This document shows, piece by piece, positions 61,066 through 61,085 of a stretch of 61,085 bases of DNA (the stretch's first letter is position 1; the number at the start of each line of letters is the position of its first letter). A model generated the notes under the pieces. It had not been told where the DNA came from. It was given only the letters and a program-made list of their open reading frames with translations, and made no database searches. The DNA is from Microcystaceae cyanobacterium (lineage in GTDB: Bacteria; Cyanobacteriota; Cyanobacteriia; Cyanobacteriales; Microcystaceae): NCBI GenBank assembly GCA_041746575.1, contig JBGTGT010000129.1, positions 1 to 61,085 on the forward strand. The letters are read 5' to 3'. Made by a program: the position numbers and the translations under genes.

Positions 61066-61085
61066 GGTAAATGCGCGGTTGAAAG

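Noticed and set aside
1..61085. CRISPR array, tRNA, prophage or intact transposase
   Set aside because: No repeat-spacer periodicity, tRNA cloverleaf/T-loop, or phage/transposase ORF seen by eye. A covariance-model scan was not run, so small ncRNAs could be missed.

Overview
61-kb stretch of a cyanobacterial chromosome, probably a unicellular Chroococcales/Synechocystis-like organism. Evidence for the taxon: psbD, ndhD1, petJ, desC and dense HIP1 GCGATCGC sites. The window starts inside a stand-alone psbD copy and ends at a near-consensus rRNA-type promoter, so it may be a contig bounded by multicopy sequences. Most genes are housekeeping (cimA, rpmG-rpsR, deoC, hisIE, plsY, murQ, rsmA, recO, rplT-rpmI, queA, queF, clpP-clpX, an HtrA protease, desC) or glycosyltransferases. 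I saw no CRISPR array, tRNA, prophage or intact transposase, and I cannot claim a large new system. The best leads are small. (1) A ~2.8-kb islet (PEP-CTERM protein, chimeric HTH protein, a stop-interrupted ORF, Uma2) separates the epimerase and DUF1611 genes. (2) A signal-less subtilase is followed by a free-standing I9-like small protein. (3) A 152-bp MITE has terminal inverted repeats and a 7-bp target duplication. (4) Three phased DnaA-type boxes lie far from any dnaA/dnaN. (5) An uncalled 31-aa membrane microprotein is coupled to a TPR gene. (6) A stand-alone protein consists of tandem MshEN-like motifs. (7) Two genes are each broken by a single in-frame TGA. (8) An OmpR/PhoB-type triple repeat lies upstream of the HtrA gene. 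All family assignments are from motif recognition and memory; no database search was run.
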